DNA of 64,000 nt from Owenia fusiformis (Eukaryota): assembly GCA_903813345.2 (NCBI GenBank), contig CAIIXF020000001.1, positions 30,814,001 through 30,878,000 of the forward strand. The letters are read 5' to 3'. Positions 48,635-63,600 of the stretch are shown piece after piece. The number at the start of each line of letters is the position of its first letter. Position 1 is the first letter of the stretch. The notes below the pieces were generated by a model, which made no database searches, was not told where the DNA came from, and worked only from the letters and a program-made list of their open reading frames with translations. The translations under genes and the position numbers were made by a program.

Positions 48635-51600
48635 GTAAAATATATATTTATCATAATTATGTTTGAGATAAAATTTGTAGGAATAGGTAAAACGGTATGC
48701 CCTCAAATTCAATATGATTTAGAGGTTTACTTAGGTGTGTATCAGATTGTTTCGAGTGAAAACTAAAGATATAAAACATATTTCCTTGAAATGATAAACC
48801 TTGACATCATTATGTTAAATTACCTATTTAGATGCTTAAACAAAATAATGCCCATTCAAATTCTTTGACATAATGATGTATTATATCCACAATTGAATTT
48901 TTGATGTTTTTACATGTAAAATATATTTCCATGTCATAATAGTTCTAATTGGTTCTGAATTTCTATAATAAATAATCGCACTGTGTTTCTTAGATGTAAA
49001 ATTACCATTTTCAATATCACCTCAATGTCAAATCAATACCCCTCAAATGTCATCTTGAGCCCTATGCTTTGATACTTATGAAATAGATGAAAGGGAATAC
49101 ATTGTAAATCAGCATGTAAACTGTAATACGATATATTTTACAGAACTTTTCTTGGGTTAATTTTTGTTATTGAGGACTCTGAATGATAAAGTTGATCAAG
49201 AAAAATGAAGTTTAAATTGGGAGCAATAGTTATACAGATTTATAAATTGAGAACCTGCTCTCAATTTGGATCGTTTTCTAAAATAGAATCCTTCCATGAA
49301 GTTTTCTAATCAATTGGATAGTTTTATATGAATAGGAAAATATAAATAATTTAACTCTAATAAAACACCAGATAGATAATCAGGATAGTAAACATTACAT
49401 AAGATTAGTCTGTCACATCTAAGCTTATCAGATCTAGAAATTATTGATAAATATATGGAAAACAAATTGTTTTAATTAAACGTTCTCTGCTATTAGTTAG
49501 GGGCTACAAATCTTTTAGATTGAAGTGCCATCTTAGCTATTAACAAAAAGACCTATTGATCTTGCACTTTCCAGCTTCATTAATGAAATTCACATTTTAG
49601 TTATTGACATAGCGTTTGATTTATAACAAGAATATTTGATAGTTGTCCAGGAATAGAAGATCGCATCAAAGTAATACAATTTGTAGATCTGATATGTCAT
49701 TTCCCTGGTTGGTGTGTGATATAATATGCTAAAAGCTTCATTTATGACTACAGGAGGTGAATGCCATAAAAAAGATAAAATGAACTTATATGCTAATATA
49801 CTCAGGGGCATTTGAACTGATGTAAGTTCGTTGGAAAATTAGAATGCAGGTTAGATTCTGAAACCTGACACTCAGCTTTCCAATGGTGTATTGGAACCTT
49901 AGTAAGAAGAGGTAATTTAAAAATCACTAAGGAGCGCGCTTAGAGGCTCTATTTTGCTCAAGTATAATGCTTTTTTTATTTAAAAAATTAGACACATTGT
50001 CCACGTTTTAATTTTTCATCCAAAATCCCTCAAATATTTTAAAAATAGAGAAAACTATTTTAGAGCAACAATTTGAGCCTGTATTTTGAAAGTGTGGGAA
50101 TATTTTTACAGGTGTGATATGTTAGAAGAAATTCAGTTATTTGAAGTGCAAGCATTCAAGTGAGCTAATTTTTGTATGGTGATATATCTAGATATCTGTA
50201 GGGTGCCACCTACATGCTGGGTAAAATATGACATGTGGAACACGGACTGCAAATAAAATATTGGGCTTGAAGAGTTTTTAATTCGTTTTTATTACAGTTT
50301 ATATTTTTGAAACACACACAAAGGTCAAGTTAACATTTCAAAAACAGCTTTAATGCAAAACAAGAAAATGCAACAGTTTCTCATTGTCAAGTTAGATTTT
50401 TGAAAACCCCCAGTAACCTGACCCGAATTCACGAGGCATCAAGTGCCTTAGGGCCATGGTTTATCAATTTATATACATTTTTTCAAAGTATATATAATGG
50501 GTTCTGTATGAATGAAATGTACCTTGGTGTTATGGTCCTAGATTGTCATAATGGGACTTGAATGAAACTTAGTTGGGGAGGGGGGGGGTAATAAACATTG
50601 TTTCTTCTTGGATTATGTTTTTTGGATAGTTGGGGTTTGTTTTCCTTATGACTGGTGTACATTTCGATGTTTTCTTTTTCTTCTTTGATTCTGTAACAAT
50701 TTTTGGTTCTTTATCTTTGGCGCCTGTGCGTACATATTTGTTTTGTTCTTGACTATGTGAATGATGTCACATATCATGCACACCCAATTCAAAGAATTTC
50801 ATCATTGAAAAAGTGACATGTTATGAAGAGTTCTTTAATATTTGTTTGAAAATGACATACAGTTGGGTTAATATTGTGAAGACTGGGTTGTTTGTGGCAT
50901 ATGTTGCTGACATGTAGAATATGCTGGCATTCTTAAATGACAGTTCTCAATTTGGAATTAATTTTTATGTTGTCACTACTGAAGTTTTATGATAACATTA
51001 AGATGTAGTTGGGTTGAGAGGGAAATCTTGTGTAGCGTACAGTCTAACAGACATCTCCAAGAATATATATCCAAATAGGGAATTTACCAATGTAATTTTA
51101 TTGAAGAGTCACCCTATAACATAAAACATTTCTTGAATCTATGCAAAAAACTGTTTTAACAATTACAATCATATAAGTCAGGAGGATGTTACCTTTCATA
51201 GATTGTACTGACCTTTAAAAAATGGATGATTTTGGTGATTTTTAGTGTTCAGTTATCAAAATCACATATAAATACTGGCATTATGATGGTCTGTGCACAT
51301 TGGAAAATGCACTTGGGTGGTCATGCCAATTTCATGTTTATTTCTCACATAATCCAAAGTAAGTTGTTTGTTTGTTGTCTGTTTATTCTGTTCCTCATTG
51401 ACTTCTCTTTTTCCACTCTCCACAATCTTTTTCATGTATACTTATTATTGTTTAGGTTTTAGTCCATCTATTTGATGTATTGTTTGTGATTGTGGGACAT
51501 TTACAACAAATAGACCAGAATTTTTGTGAGGAAAATGATACTTTAATTAGTAGAATGTCAGTTTGTGACACCTCCTGAAGTACATTTTAATAAGCAGTAT

Positions 51601-54600
51601 TCTTCAACTGTCACATACATATCAATCTTCTTAGTTTTATACCCATCTCTTAAGTTATCAGTCAGTGTGAGTCGGAAAGGGAAACTTTTTCTCAATAATA
51701 TTCAAAGAATTTCTCATTGGCCAGCCTTTAAACCCTCTACTACCCTCAAAATGAATCCACACATGAAAATTTACAATATCAATGTTCACGAACAGAAATC
51801 TGGGAATAATCAAAATTTTCTATACCCTTCCCCAAATATAAGTAATTACTGTTTTACAGACATCAATATTTTGAACCAACTTCTAAAGAAAAATCATCCA
51901 CTTGTACTGTCAACAACTGTTATTTGCTTTGAAGCAAATCTGAGTAAATTGTGTCCCTAAAGAGAATTCCTTTCAACTATAACCATACTCAAGAATCCCA
52001 TAGAAAATTCTCTGTTAACAGATATTTATACTTAATATGCTTAAGTTATAAGCTTTCTAGAATAATTTAGTCTATATATCCATAGAAATAGGTTTGTTAA
52101 AGATTCACTGTTTCTGAATCCTAAGGTCTCTTGGCGGAAATAGGAAAATCCTCAAATTCATTATGAGTGAAAAATGACTGTTTTATGCACCTCTTGTGAA
52201 CCATAAGTTCAACTTTGGTGTCCTTAATGTTACTGTTAGATCTAGAGGAAACATTTTACAATTGATTTTTTACAATTCATTTGAGAGTCTCTTGTGTATT
52301 TCGAGCTTTATGTCCCATTTTCGTCTCCTTTCATTTTTCTCCTCTGAGTTTCTTTATTTGAATTTCCAACATTGAATCAATCTAATCTGTTCTCTGAATT
52401 CATTCCTTAAAGTCAATAACATGTACTCAATAGCAAAGTGTAAATAATTTACATGAATGGTTTGTATGGACGTTAATGTTAATTTATCCCAAATCTTATT
52501 GGTTGTTGCCTCCATTGGCTTGGAGTGTCCCCTGTTCGGTTGCAGAATGATCTGCAGAATGTTGAATAAAAGGAATGATTAGTTGTCTGGATGAAATTGA
52601 TCTTTTGTCTCTTGTTTTAATTTTGCAGTCATCAACCATAATGTAATATGTATTATATGCACATTCTGTTCTCTCAATATTTGTATCAGTCTGAACGACA
52701 TCAGACATGTACTCCGAATCTTTTAGTACATGTGTAAATGTGTTGGGTACATGCAAGTGTCAGGAGAAAGGGCTGAGAAAGAAAATACATCAATTATTTA
52801 GTTCATTGTGTCACCACCAGAAGTGGTGATATATACATATTATTATAGTCTCCAACTTTTTTGTGGATGGTCTTTGGTGGAGGTGTCTGGCATCCGGCAT
52901 TTGGCATTCAGTGGTTTTTGTTAGGCAATCCGCATCTGTAACTAATGGCAGGTGGTGACATTTTGCATGTTAGTGCCTTGTTTGAACTTGTTCTAACTTG
53001 AACCAATTTTTCATGAGACACATTGAGCTAGCATTGAGTGTTATATAAGAAATCTAATGTCAAAATAGTTGATTGGTTTTGAATAAACTTAAGTATTTAG
53101 CTATACGTAAAATACAAACTGAAAAAGGCTAAGAGCCTCATCAATAAGACGTCTTTCCATATTTGGTTTCATAATGTACTTGCACTTCTTATAAATTTTG
53201 ATACAGTATATGCCCTGATTATGTCACCACCAAGAAGGGAATTGTTATGGTCTGTGTTTTTTTTGTGGCAGCCGTTGTTGCTTGGCGATCGATGGGCAGC
53301 GGGCGGTGGGCGGCAGTTGGCATCTGTAAGAAATTCTTAAAACTTTCAATAACTTAACAATTCTATTTAGACTGACTTCAATTTTTCCAAATTATCTACA
53401 AGTTTTCAAAAGTTCAAATCTGACATTAAATTTAAGATTTGACCTTTTCAAGGTAAAAAAAGTCAAAAAGGACCAAAAAGGTCATTTTTCAACTTGCTTC
53501 AAATTGACCAATTCTTTTTCAAAATCATCTACAAGTTCTTAAAAGTTCAAATCTGAATATAGATATGACCTCCAATGACATTCTCAAGGTCAATAAAGAT
53601 TTGACCTTCAATGACATTCTCAAGATCAAATAAAGGTCAAAAAGGTATTTTTTCAACTTGCTTCAAATTGATCAATTTCTTTTCAAAATCATGTACAAGT
53701 TCTTAAAAGTTCAAATCTGAATATAGATTTGACCTTCAATGACATTCTCAAGATCAAAAAAGATTTGACCTTCAATGACCTTCTCAAGGTCAAGCAGGTC
53801 TTTCTCAACTTGCTTCAAATTGACCAATTTTTTTTCAAAATCATCTACAAGTTCTCAGAAGTTGAAAAATGAGATTTCACCTTCAATGAAAAAAAAGTAT
53901 TTTTTTCAACTTGCTTCAAAATCATCTACAGAGTTCTCAGAAATTCAAATCTGATTTAAGATTGAACTAATAATATTGTGAGCAACTAGGTGGTGACATT
54001 TTGTCATGCCAATGCCTTGTTGCAAGTAGCCATAAAAATATATTATTTCTGAAAGGATTTTTTAGCAGATCATGAATCTAAATCAGTGTCCCATTATGAG
54101 AATAATCAGAACATAAACGGAAATATTGCAGAGAATGTTTTCCCAAAGGAGAGCCTTTAGTCTATAATTGGTTTAACATATGAAGCTCTAGGACCCTCTT
54201 TGTTCTTTATTGAATTAGACAGAGTGCAATTATAGTTAATGAGTTTATAATAACAATATATTGACCATTTATATTCAGTATTGAAATTATATGTGTAATA
54301 AGAAACAGTATTGTCAATTTTATTGATGAATAACAAATTGACACAGAAAAACAATATTTCAGGTGCTCTAAATCCTAAATGATGTTATCAATGTTTAAAC
54401 ACAATAATACATATTAATTATTCCCACTTTTCTTATTTCAGATGTTTGATTGTCAGTTTGGCCCCCAGACAGTAGAATATCGTCACTCTGGGAATCCACA
54501 CCTTACAAAGGACACTGTCAGACTTGAAGTTATTCACACAACATCCACTGGATCCAGTATTGAAACCTTCCTCATTGAAGTGAACATACTGAAGGCTCCA

Positions 54601-57600
54601 TATAATGTGTTTGTGATCGATCCTCGCTTTAAACCATTGACAGTTGACAATTTTTATGGGACATCAAACCCAATCGATTCGTCAGTTGTGAGGTTTAATT
54701 ATGACACTCGTAGCGATGTCTCATGTCGAGTGATGTACTCAAGGTTTATAACGAACTACCCCATGCAAGGTCAACTTGTATTAGGAACACAGAAGAGGAT
54801 AACTGACTCATTTAAGAAAAACTGTAGGGATTTCCTATTTAAAGGGTATCAGTATGAGCATTTAGCGCCCCCTACCCCAGATGTTGACTATATTCCCCTT
54901 ACTGTAGAGGTTCATGACCCATCAGTGTCGAGTGAACCCATAATAGAACAATACTTCCTTCCTGTACGTATACAGGGTGCATTCCCTAATGTTATGCCCA
55001 AAGCCTCATATGTGAACTCCTATATAATGGATGTGGATGAATTCCAAGTGACAACCATTGACCCAAAGGTGATTTCCGCTAAAGACTCTGAAACGCCTGA
55101 AGAAAAGCTGGTGTTTAATTTGAGTAAACCATTTGGTCCTGGTGAGGGCCACTTGGTCCATGACACAGACCATTCTACCCCAATCTTCTCCTTTACACAA
55201 GAAGAACTGATGAATAACAATATAGCTTACAAGCCACCTAATCAGAGATACACAGAACGTAAGGACTACTCAGTTGAGCTTACTGTATATGACTCAAGCT
55301 TTACTAGTAGTGAACCCATTACACTTCATGTAGCAGTGCACCCTTCAAACTCTCATGTTCCTCATGTTTTAATCAACAAACCCCTCATTATAGTTGAAGG
55401 ACAATCACAGATGGTTTCTCAAGATACAATACAACTAGAGAAGGACACTGTTATTCTGTCTGTCAAGGGAGGTCTCAACCATGGTCAGCTGACAGTGAAT
55501 GGCCAACCAGCTATGAGATTCACTGCAGGGAATATTAGAGCAAGGGAGGTATTCTATACCCATGATGGAAGTGACACCCTCACTGATCATATTGCACTGA
55601 GAATCACTGATGGCAATGATGTTTTACATGAGACTATCCATGTGACAATCCTCCCCCTGGATGACAGTCCACCATATGTGTTAAAGAACCTTGGTCTTAA
55701 GCTTAAGGCATCAAACACGGCACCCATCTCCCCAAATATTCTCTCAGCTCGTGATCTTGACTCAGAGGATTGTGAGATCAAGTTCATCATCACAAGGCCA
55801 CCAAGATTTGGCGAAATTCAGAAAACTTACAGACCAATGACTGTGGGAAGACACAACTCTGACTTCACACAGGATGACTTAAATAATGGCTACATATATT
55901 ACAAGCACTATGGCGATGAGGAATACAAAGATAACATCTTGTTTAAACTCCAAGATCACGCGGATCCTCCTAACGAATCCAATGAGTATATGTTCAAAAT
56001 TGAAATAATTCCAATCAATGATAAGCCACCAATGAATGTGCCAGATATGTCCCAACAAATCATTGTGAAAGAAACTGACGTGGCTACTATAAGAAAGAAA
56101 GATTTGGAGTACACTGATGTTGAATCTGATCCGAGTGACTTGGTCTATACAGTGGTAACACAGCCATATTATCTGGACACTAGAGAAACCATTGATGGTG
56201 GTAGACTGATCTACATAGCAAACACTAAAGTCCCTGTGATCAAAAACAACAGCATACCACCTGTGTATTTCTTTACACAGAGGGAAATCAACCAAGGTAA
56301 AATAGCATATATGCCACCTTTAGAAGACATTGGCCCAAACCCTAAAAGAGTTCGTTTTGAGTATGCAGTTTCTGATCAAGCTGATAATCGCATCATCGAA
56401 CAAGTGTTTGATATCATAATCAAACCAGTGAACAATCAACCTCCAGATATGTCTACCCAAAAACTCATCTCAAGGGAAGGCGGCAGTGTGAGAATAACAA
56501 CCAATGAAATCTCTGCATTTGATGTAGACACTCCCCTGGCAGAACTAATCTTTAAACTCGAGTTCACTCCCCAACATGGCCAGATTACAATGGGGAACAG
56601 GCCTCTGGAGGAGGGAGAGCAATTCAGTCTCATAGACCTGATGGATCAAAAGCAAAGGTAACAAATGTTAACTATGTTATATTTCAAATTATTAATTAAA
56701 ACACTTAATTGTTCTTTTAGAGTAGGTTTATGTTCAGCATTTCATTGAATTATATTATTTGTTAAATTCCTTGACTGAGGATATTAGAAATTTCAAAAAT
56801 GTTCTCTATTGCATAAGAAAATTATGGATACAGGGTGACATATATGACATTGTTACTGTTAATTATGATTTGTGCAAGTTTTTCAGGGTATGATATTCCT
56901 ATCACCCTGCTTCTCTGTTGAGGCAACAACATAATCAACATATACTGCTAAAATAGCTGTGAATACGATTACATACAAACCCAAGCAGCTTAAAAACATG
57001 GATATGAATAAATTGATAACATTAACTGCTGGGAGAGCTAAACAACTTCAATAAATTTCACAAGAAATATACCCATGTGTTTAAATATGGAAAGTCGAAA
57101 AATATGATAGTTGGAAAGGTTCAAGGTAGGTTACCAAGAGAGTGTGAGAAAAGTTTGAAATACATGCAATTATATTTAGGTATCCTTGGATTTCTTCACG
57201 GCAATTTCCCACTGGGAACAGCAGTTGTCATAGAAGGGTAAAAACAAAAATCATGGATTTTCTTTCAATATTGGGGATTGTTTTTGTTTTTCTGATAAAA
57301 CTTTGCTTTTTCATATCTATTTAGGTGATTATATTTATGTAATGATATACAGTGATATTGGATGTATAATTTGTAAAGAATAATATTGGACCAATTATAT
57401 TATTTTAGAGAGGGCCCGAGACCGCTTGGTAATCTATCAATCTCTTTACTAATTAATATATCTCAGGTTTATCGCACTCTGTGACAGATTATAATTGATC
57501 GCTTTCAGTTAACCTTTTTCTTAAAGCAATATCCATGGAGAATTCCAAATGCTTTAGATGGTTTCTACAGATACAGAGTTTAAAAATGAATTTATGACAA

Positions 57601-60600
57601 ATCTTTTATGTGCTTAAAATGGTAGAAACTTTCTTCATTTATCAACCTAAATGATTAACATTTGATTGATTTGTGTTACATGGTGTTAACTTAAGAATCA
57701 GTCATAGGGAATGACAAAATTCCATGCAATTTGTACCCAAAGAATGAGTTTTACACCATCAAAACTGTCATAGAATTTGTCAATTCCTCAAGATGAATGA
57801 TAAACCAAAAAGATTCTGAAATTCCTTACATGATTTGACATTTTTATCGCACTTTGAAAAAGTGCTATATTGCCGTCGTCTTGTGCTGTTGGGCGGGCGT
57901 GCGGGCGTGCGGGCGTGCGGGCGGGCGGGACATAAACCAAATCTTGTCATCAAATTTCCAGGATAACTGCTTACCTGTTCAACTTGAAATTTTTACAGAT
58001 GCAAAAGCAGACTAGTACCAAGATCTGATTAGGTTAAGGGCATGCTGGGTAAGCTACGTGGCGGCCATTTTGAATTTTTCAACAAATCTTGTCATCAAAA
58101 TTCCAGGAAAACCACTTATCCGTTCAACTTGAAATTTTTACAGATGCAAGAGCAGACTATTGCCAAGATCTGATTAGGTTTTGGGTATGCTGGCTGAATT
58201 ACATGGTGGCCATTTTGAATTTTTCAATTTGGCGGCCATTTTGAATTTTTCAACTTGCTCCAAATTGACCAAATTTTTTTTTTAAAAACATCTACAAGTT
58301 CTCAGAAGTTCAAATCTGACCTTAGATTTCAGATTTGACCTTTCATTCACCTTCAGTGACCTTGAAAAGGTCAAAAAAGTTGATTTTCTAAATTGATATT
58401 TTGGATTTAAATTTAGGTCAGCTTAATTACAAAACACCTACTGTGGTCTGAAAAAGTTAAATTTTCAAGGTCGAAGGTCAAGGTCATTAAACTAGGTCAC
58501 AAATGATGTTATCCAAGTTTCTCAAAGTTTGAGACTACAAATCAATTCTTGTCATCAAAATTCCAAGAAACCGCTAACCTGTTCAACTTGAAATTTTTAC
58601 ACATTCAGACTAGTGCCAAGATCTGATTAGGTTTAGGGCATGCTGGGTAAACTACGTGGTGGCCATTTTTAATTTTTCAACAAATCTTTTCATCAAAATT
58701 CCAGGAAAACCACTTATCCGTTCAACTTGAAATTTTTACAGATGCAAGAGCAGACTATTGCCAAGATCTGATTAGGTTTTGGGTATGCTGGCTGAATTAC
58801 ATGGTGGCCATTTTGAATTTTTCAATTTGGCGGCCATTTTGAATTTTTCAACTTGCTCCAAATTGACCAATTTTTTTTTAAAAACATCTACAAGTTCTCA
58901 GAAGTTCAAATCTGACCTTAGATTTCAGATTTGACCTTTCATTCACCTTCAGTGACCTTGAAAAGGTCAAAATAGTTGATTTTCTAAATTGATATTTTGG
59001 ATTTAAATTTAGATCAGCTTAATTACAAAACACCTACTGCATGAGGTCTGAAAAAGTTAAATTTTCAAGGTCGAAGGTCAAGGTCATTAAACTAGGTCAC
59101 AAATGATGTTATCTAAGTTTCTCAAAGTTCCAGACTACAAATCAATTCTTGTCATCAAAATTCCAAGAAAACCGCTAACCTGTTCAACTTGAAATTTTTA
59201 CACATGCAATAGCAGACTAGTGCCAAGATCTGATTAGGTTTAGGGCATGCTGGGTAAACTACGTGGCGGCCATTTTTAATTTTTCAACAAATCTTGTCAT
59301 CAAAATTCCAGGAAAACCACTTATCCGTTCAACTTGAAATTTTTACAGATGCAAGAGCAGACTATTGCCAAGATCTGATTAGGTTTTGGGTAGGCTGGCT
59401 GAATTACATGGTGGCCATTTTGAATTTTTCAATTTGGCGGCCATTTTGAATTTTTCAACTTGCTCCAAATTGACCAAATTTTTTTTTAAAAACATCTACA
59501 AGTTCTCAGAAGTTCAAATCTGACCTTAGATTTCAGATTTGACCTTTCATTCACCTTCAGTGACCTTGAAAAGGTCAAAAAAGTTGATTTTCTAAATTAA
59601 TATTTTGGATTTAAATTTAGGTCAGCTTAATTACAAAACACCTACTGAGGTCTGAAAAAGTTAAATTTTCAAGGTCGAAGGTCATCAAATTAGGTCACAA
59701 ACGATGTTATCTAAATTTTCCCAAAGTTCCAGACTACAAATAAATTCTTGTCATCAAAATTGCAGGGAAACCGCTAACCTTGTCAACTTGAAATGTTTAC
59801 AGATGCAAGAGCAGACTAGTGCCAAGGTCTGATTAGGTTTTGGCCATGCTGGGTAAATTGCATGGTGGCCACTTTGCTCTTCAAAGTGCGATATTTATCA
59901 CTGTGTGTCTTGTTTTCCTTCTTTCCTTGACTTTTACTTTTTATGAAAATCAAGAGGTTTAGTTCATTGATAGCATGAAGCTAAATAAATATTTACAGTT
60001 GGAAGCATAACATACACCCAAACAGAAGAATCCTAAATGCTATACACATTAGGGTCGATAAAGTAAAGAAGTTACCATAAAGTAAACTTTGTTTCAAAGA
60101 ACACTCAAGATTTAACCAATTGACATGTAATCCACTGGGGGAAATTAGCTTTCAAATCTATAATGTGTTTTTGTAGGATAATTAGCGCATTAGTTTTTAT
60201 ATTGTTATAGTCTCCTATTTTTTTGTGAATAGTGTTTGTTGGTCGGCATTCAGCATCTGTAACAAATGGCAGGTCATGACACTTTGCATGTTAATGCCTT
60301 GTTTCTGCTTTGTGTTCACAAAATGTTAGCCTCTGTGTTCTTTGGTGATCAAGTATGGTGGATGTTGGTTGATTTCTTTTTATTCATTGAAATGTAAGAT
60401 CCAATCTATTAAAGCAGATTTGGGGAGTACGATCCACATGTGACACCTTGCTGATAAAGGTATTATATTTGATATATGACTTAAGCTTCCCTATTTGTCA
60501 ATGGCTTTAGCATATACAAATGGAAATCAATGCCCTCAAAAATGCCCCTCATTTCACATGATATTAATCTTACTTATTCTCTCAAAAATTGACAAATATT

Positions 60601-63600
60601 TATTTCATCTTTACCTAACAGGCTTAAAATGTGTTAATGATTACATAGTCAACTATTGTACTGTTAATTCCATGTTGCCCATATTGTATTTTATCTCAAG
60701 GCATTTGTACAGTATTACTTTTTGATGGGGTGGCAAATCAATGCAATCAATCAAACTATTCCCCAGACATTCAGTAATTGCTCCTAGGATATTAGATACT
60801 TCTTTTCTCACTCTAGGCCGATGTAATAGCCCAATATTTTGTCTAAATTCGAAATAATTGGCCTTTTTTGGCACAACATTTACTTTTATACCTCTATAAA
60901 TCTGATCTCTCTGACAAAAGCTATTGCTTATATAAGTTGATTATCAGATTTCTTAGATGAAACTGTTGACTTTCGACAACAAAATCATATCTCAATCACA
61001 ATTATTAAATGAAAGTCTTTGATTTTTTCATAAGTTTTTGAAGTTAGTTGATTTGATTTATAACCAGTGTCTATCTCAATTAATCATATTCACACATCTT
61101 CTTCATATTTTTTAATTCTATTCAAAAGATGAAGTGAAATGTGTATTTTCACTTGAGCTAACTTGTCACAAACAATTATTTACCACTTCATTTTATCCCA
61201 AGCAGATAATTTGATGAGCTTTAAAGATGAAAATTCAGGTTAAATATCCGAAAGGGAGATTGTAACAAACTTCAAACTTCTGCAGGATTAAATCTTGTCA
61301 GATCCAGGTGCAGTCAAGTCTACTGATGATATATTGTTAAAACATTCGTTGTTTGATGTGTTATTGCTTCCTTAATCTCCATGGTTTCAGGTGTGTTTTC
61401 ATCCAATTAAATGTCACTTTGATAAATTAGTCTGTATTTGCAATCCCAAATGCAACAAATTACCACACCATGTAGAACAGTGCATCAATTGATTACTGCT
61501 ATTTCTTTCACAATACCCCAAATGAAAATTTTAAATTGTTTTTATTCTTCAGCCAAATATCCTCTCATATCTGCCAGCTGTACTATACAGTACAATAAAT
61601 TTAGCTTTCATATATAGTTTATATATATAGTTATAATTGGCAGAATAAATATAGCTTTCCAATCAAATCAGATGAAATATCAAATCATCTATCACATGTA
61701 AATCAGTATGATAAATTCCATAAATTTTGAAATAAATGTATATCATTGATATCACTGCGAATTATAAGACTGATATCAAATAAAATATCAAAGATGCATA
61801 ATTTTAAAATCAACATACATTGATTTCACCAATTGGGGTTTAACAATAATACTATGATATTCTGCTTTTAGTTTCCGGTATTTTCATGATGGAAGTGAGT
61901 CAAAGATGGACATGTTTGGCCTGACAGTGTCTGATGGTATACACCAACTTTCCAAAGTCATCTCGATCCTCATTAAACCAATCAATGACCAGAAACCATG
62001 GTTACCTGAAGATCTCCAGAGTGAACTTACTGTCCTTGAGGGTGATGAAGTTGCTATAACGACAGATAATATCCTGGCGCATGATAACGATACTGAGCCA
62101 GAGTCACTTTCTTTCGTGATTGTACGTCATCCCATATATGGTGAAATTTTACATAAAAGTGGGGGAAGAATCAATCAGTTTTCTCTGAATGATGTTGAAG
62201 AGGAACTTGTTGTGTATAAACATAGAGGTGATGAAATTGGCCCTGAGAACCAAGAAGATTCCATGACAATAATGGTCACTGATCAAGCAGCAGGATACCT
62301 TGGAGCAAATCCATTATATGATCTAAACTTCCAAATTCTTCCAGTCAACAATCAAAGGCCAAACATTGTCCCTGGTCCTCCTATGTTTGTTAACGAAGGG
62401 GAAAAGGTGAAGATTACTGATGAGGATCTTAGTGCACTTGATAGGGACACCAAAGCTGGTGATCTTGTGTTCAAGATAACCAAACAACCAGAATGGGGCA
62501 TAATTGAAAACTCTGCATTGAATGATATAGATGGCAAATCAGTGAGAGAGTTCCGAATGATTGATATTCTGAATGGTGAAATAAGCTATATACAGTCGAA
62601 CCATACTGGTTTTGAGCCACAGAGGGACAGCTTTGATGTCTATGTCCATGATGGACAGCTCACTTCACCCATTGTCTCAATCAGCATCACAATAATACCT
62701 CAGAATGATGAAACTCCCGAGTTAGACGTTGAAAATCTGATCATCACAGAGGGCTCTGAGAAAATGATTGATCCTGGCATGATTAAAGTAAGAGATGATG
62801 ACATCCCCAATCAAATCCTGACCCTATCTGTTGACACCACACCTCGACATGGGAAGCTTATGCTGATGCATGACCATGGGAGAGGTATGGTGGAGATGGC
62901 CCTTCATGACGTAGATCTTGAGGAACTACAGAAAGATGTCCATCTTGTCTATAAACACGATGGCTCTGAAAACTTCAATGATGTCTTTACGCTTAAGGTG
63001 ACAGATGGAAAACATGAGGTCAAGAAATCTTCAACAGTGAGAGTTACGCCTATTAACGATGAAAAGCCTAAGGTCGTGAAAAACATGGGATTATACATAC
63101 AACGTGGAGGTTCTGGCCTCATCTCAAACTCTGTTCTCCAGACAAATGATAATGACACTCCAGATAATGAGACATATATTATACTGACTGAGACTCCCAA
63201 AAGAGGTGTGCTGCAGTATAGAATGGATGCCATCCCTGCACTATTGAGAACAGGCGGTTATAACGAACCCGACACATTTTGGCGAGAAGTGAATGTTGGA
63301 ACTAATTTTACCCAAGAGGATATTAACAGGAACCGCATTCGCTACACACTCACTAATCAAATAGAGGAAACCACATCGGACCAGTTCAGGTTTAAAGTGA
63401 CTGATGGTAATAACTACACCCCTGATGAGTATTTTGACATTGAAATAATAAATTCAAGAAGAGGAGGCTTGGGGATGCACAGCAGGATCTTAAAGGTTAG
63501 AGAACGAGATACAGCTATCATATCAAATGCCTACCTAAGTGCTAGTGATGAGATTTCACCTTCAGAGCTAATAGAGTACTTTGTAACGAAACCTACCAGT

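Noticed and set aside
49925..50452. Possible Kolobok-like element (ctaagg...ccttag)
   Set aside because: Terminal match too short and no clean TTAA duplication.
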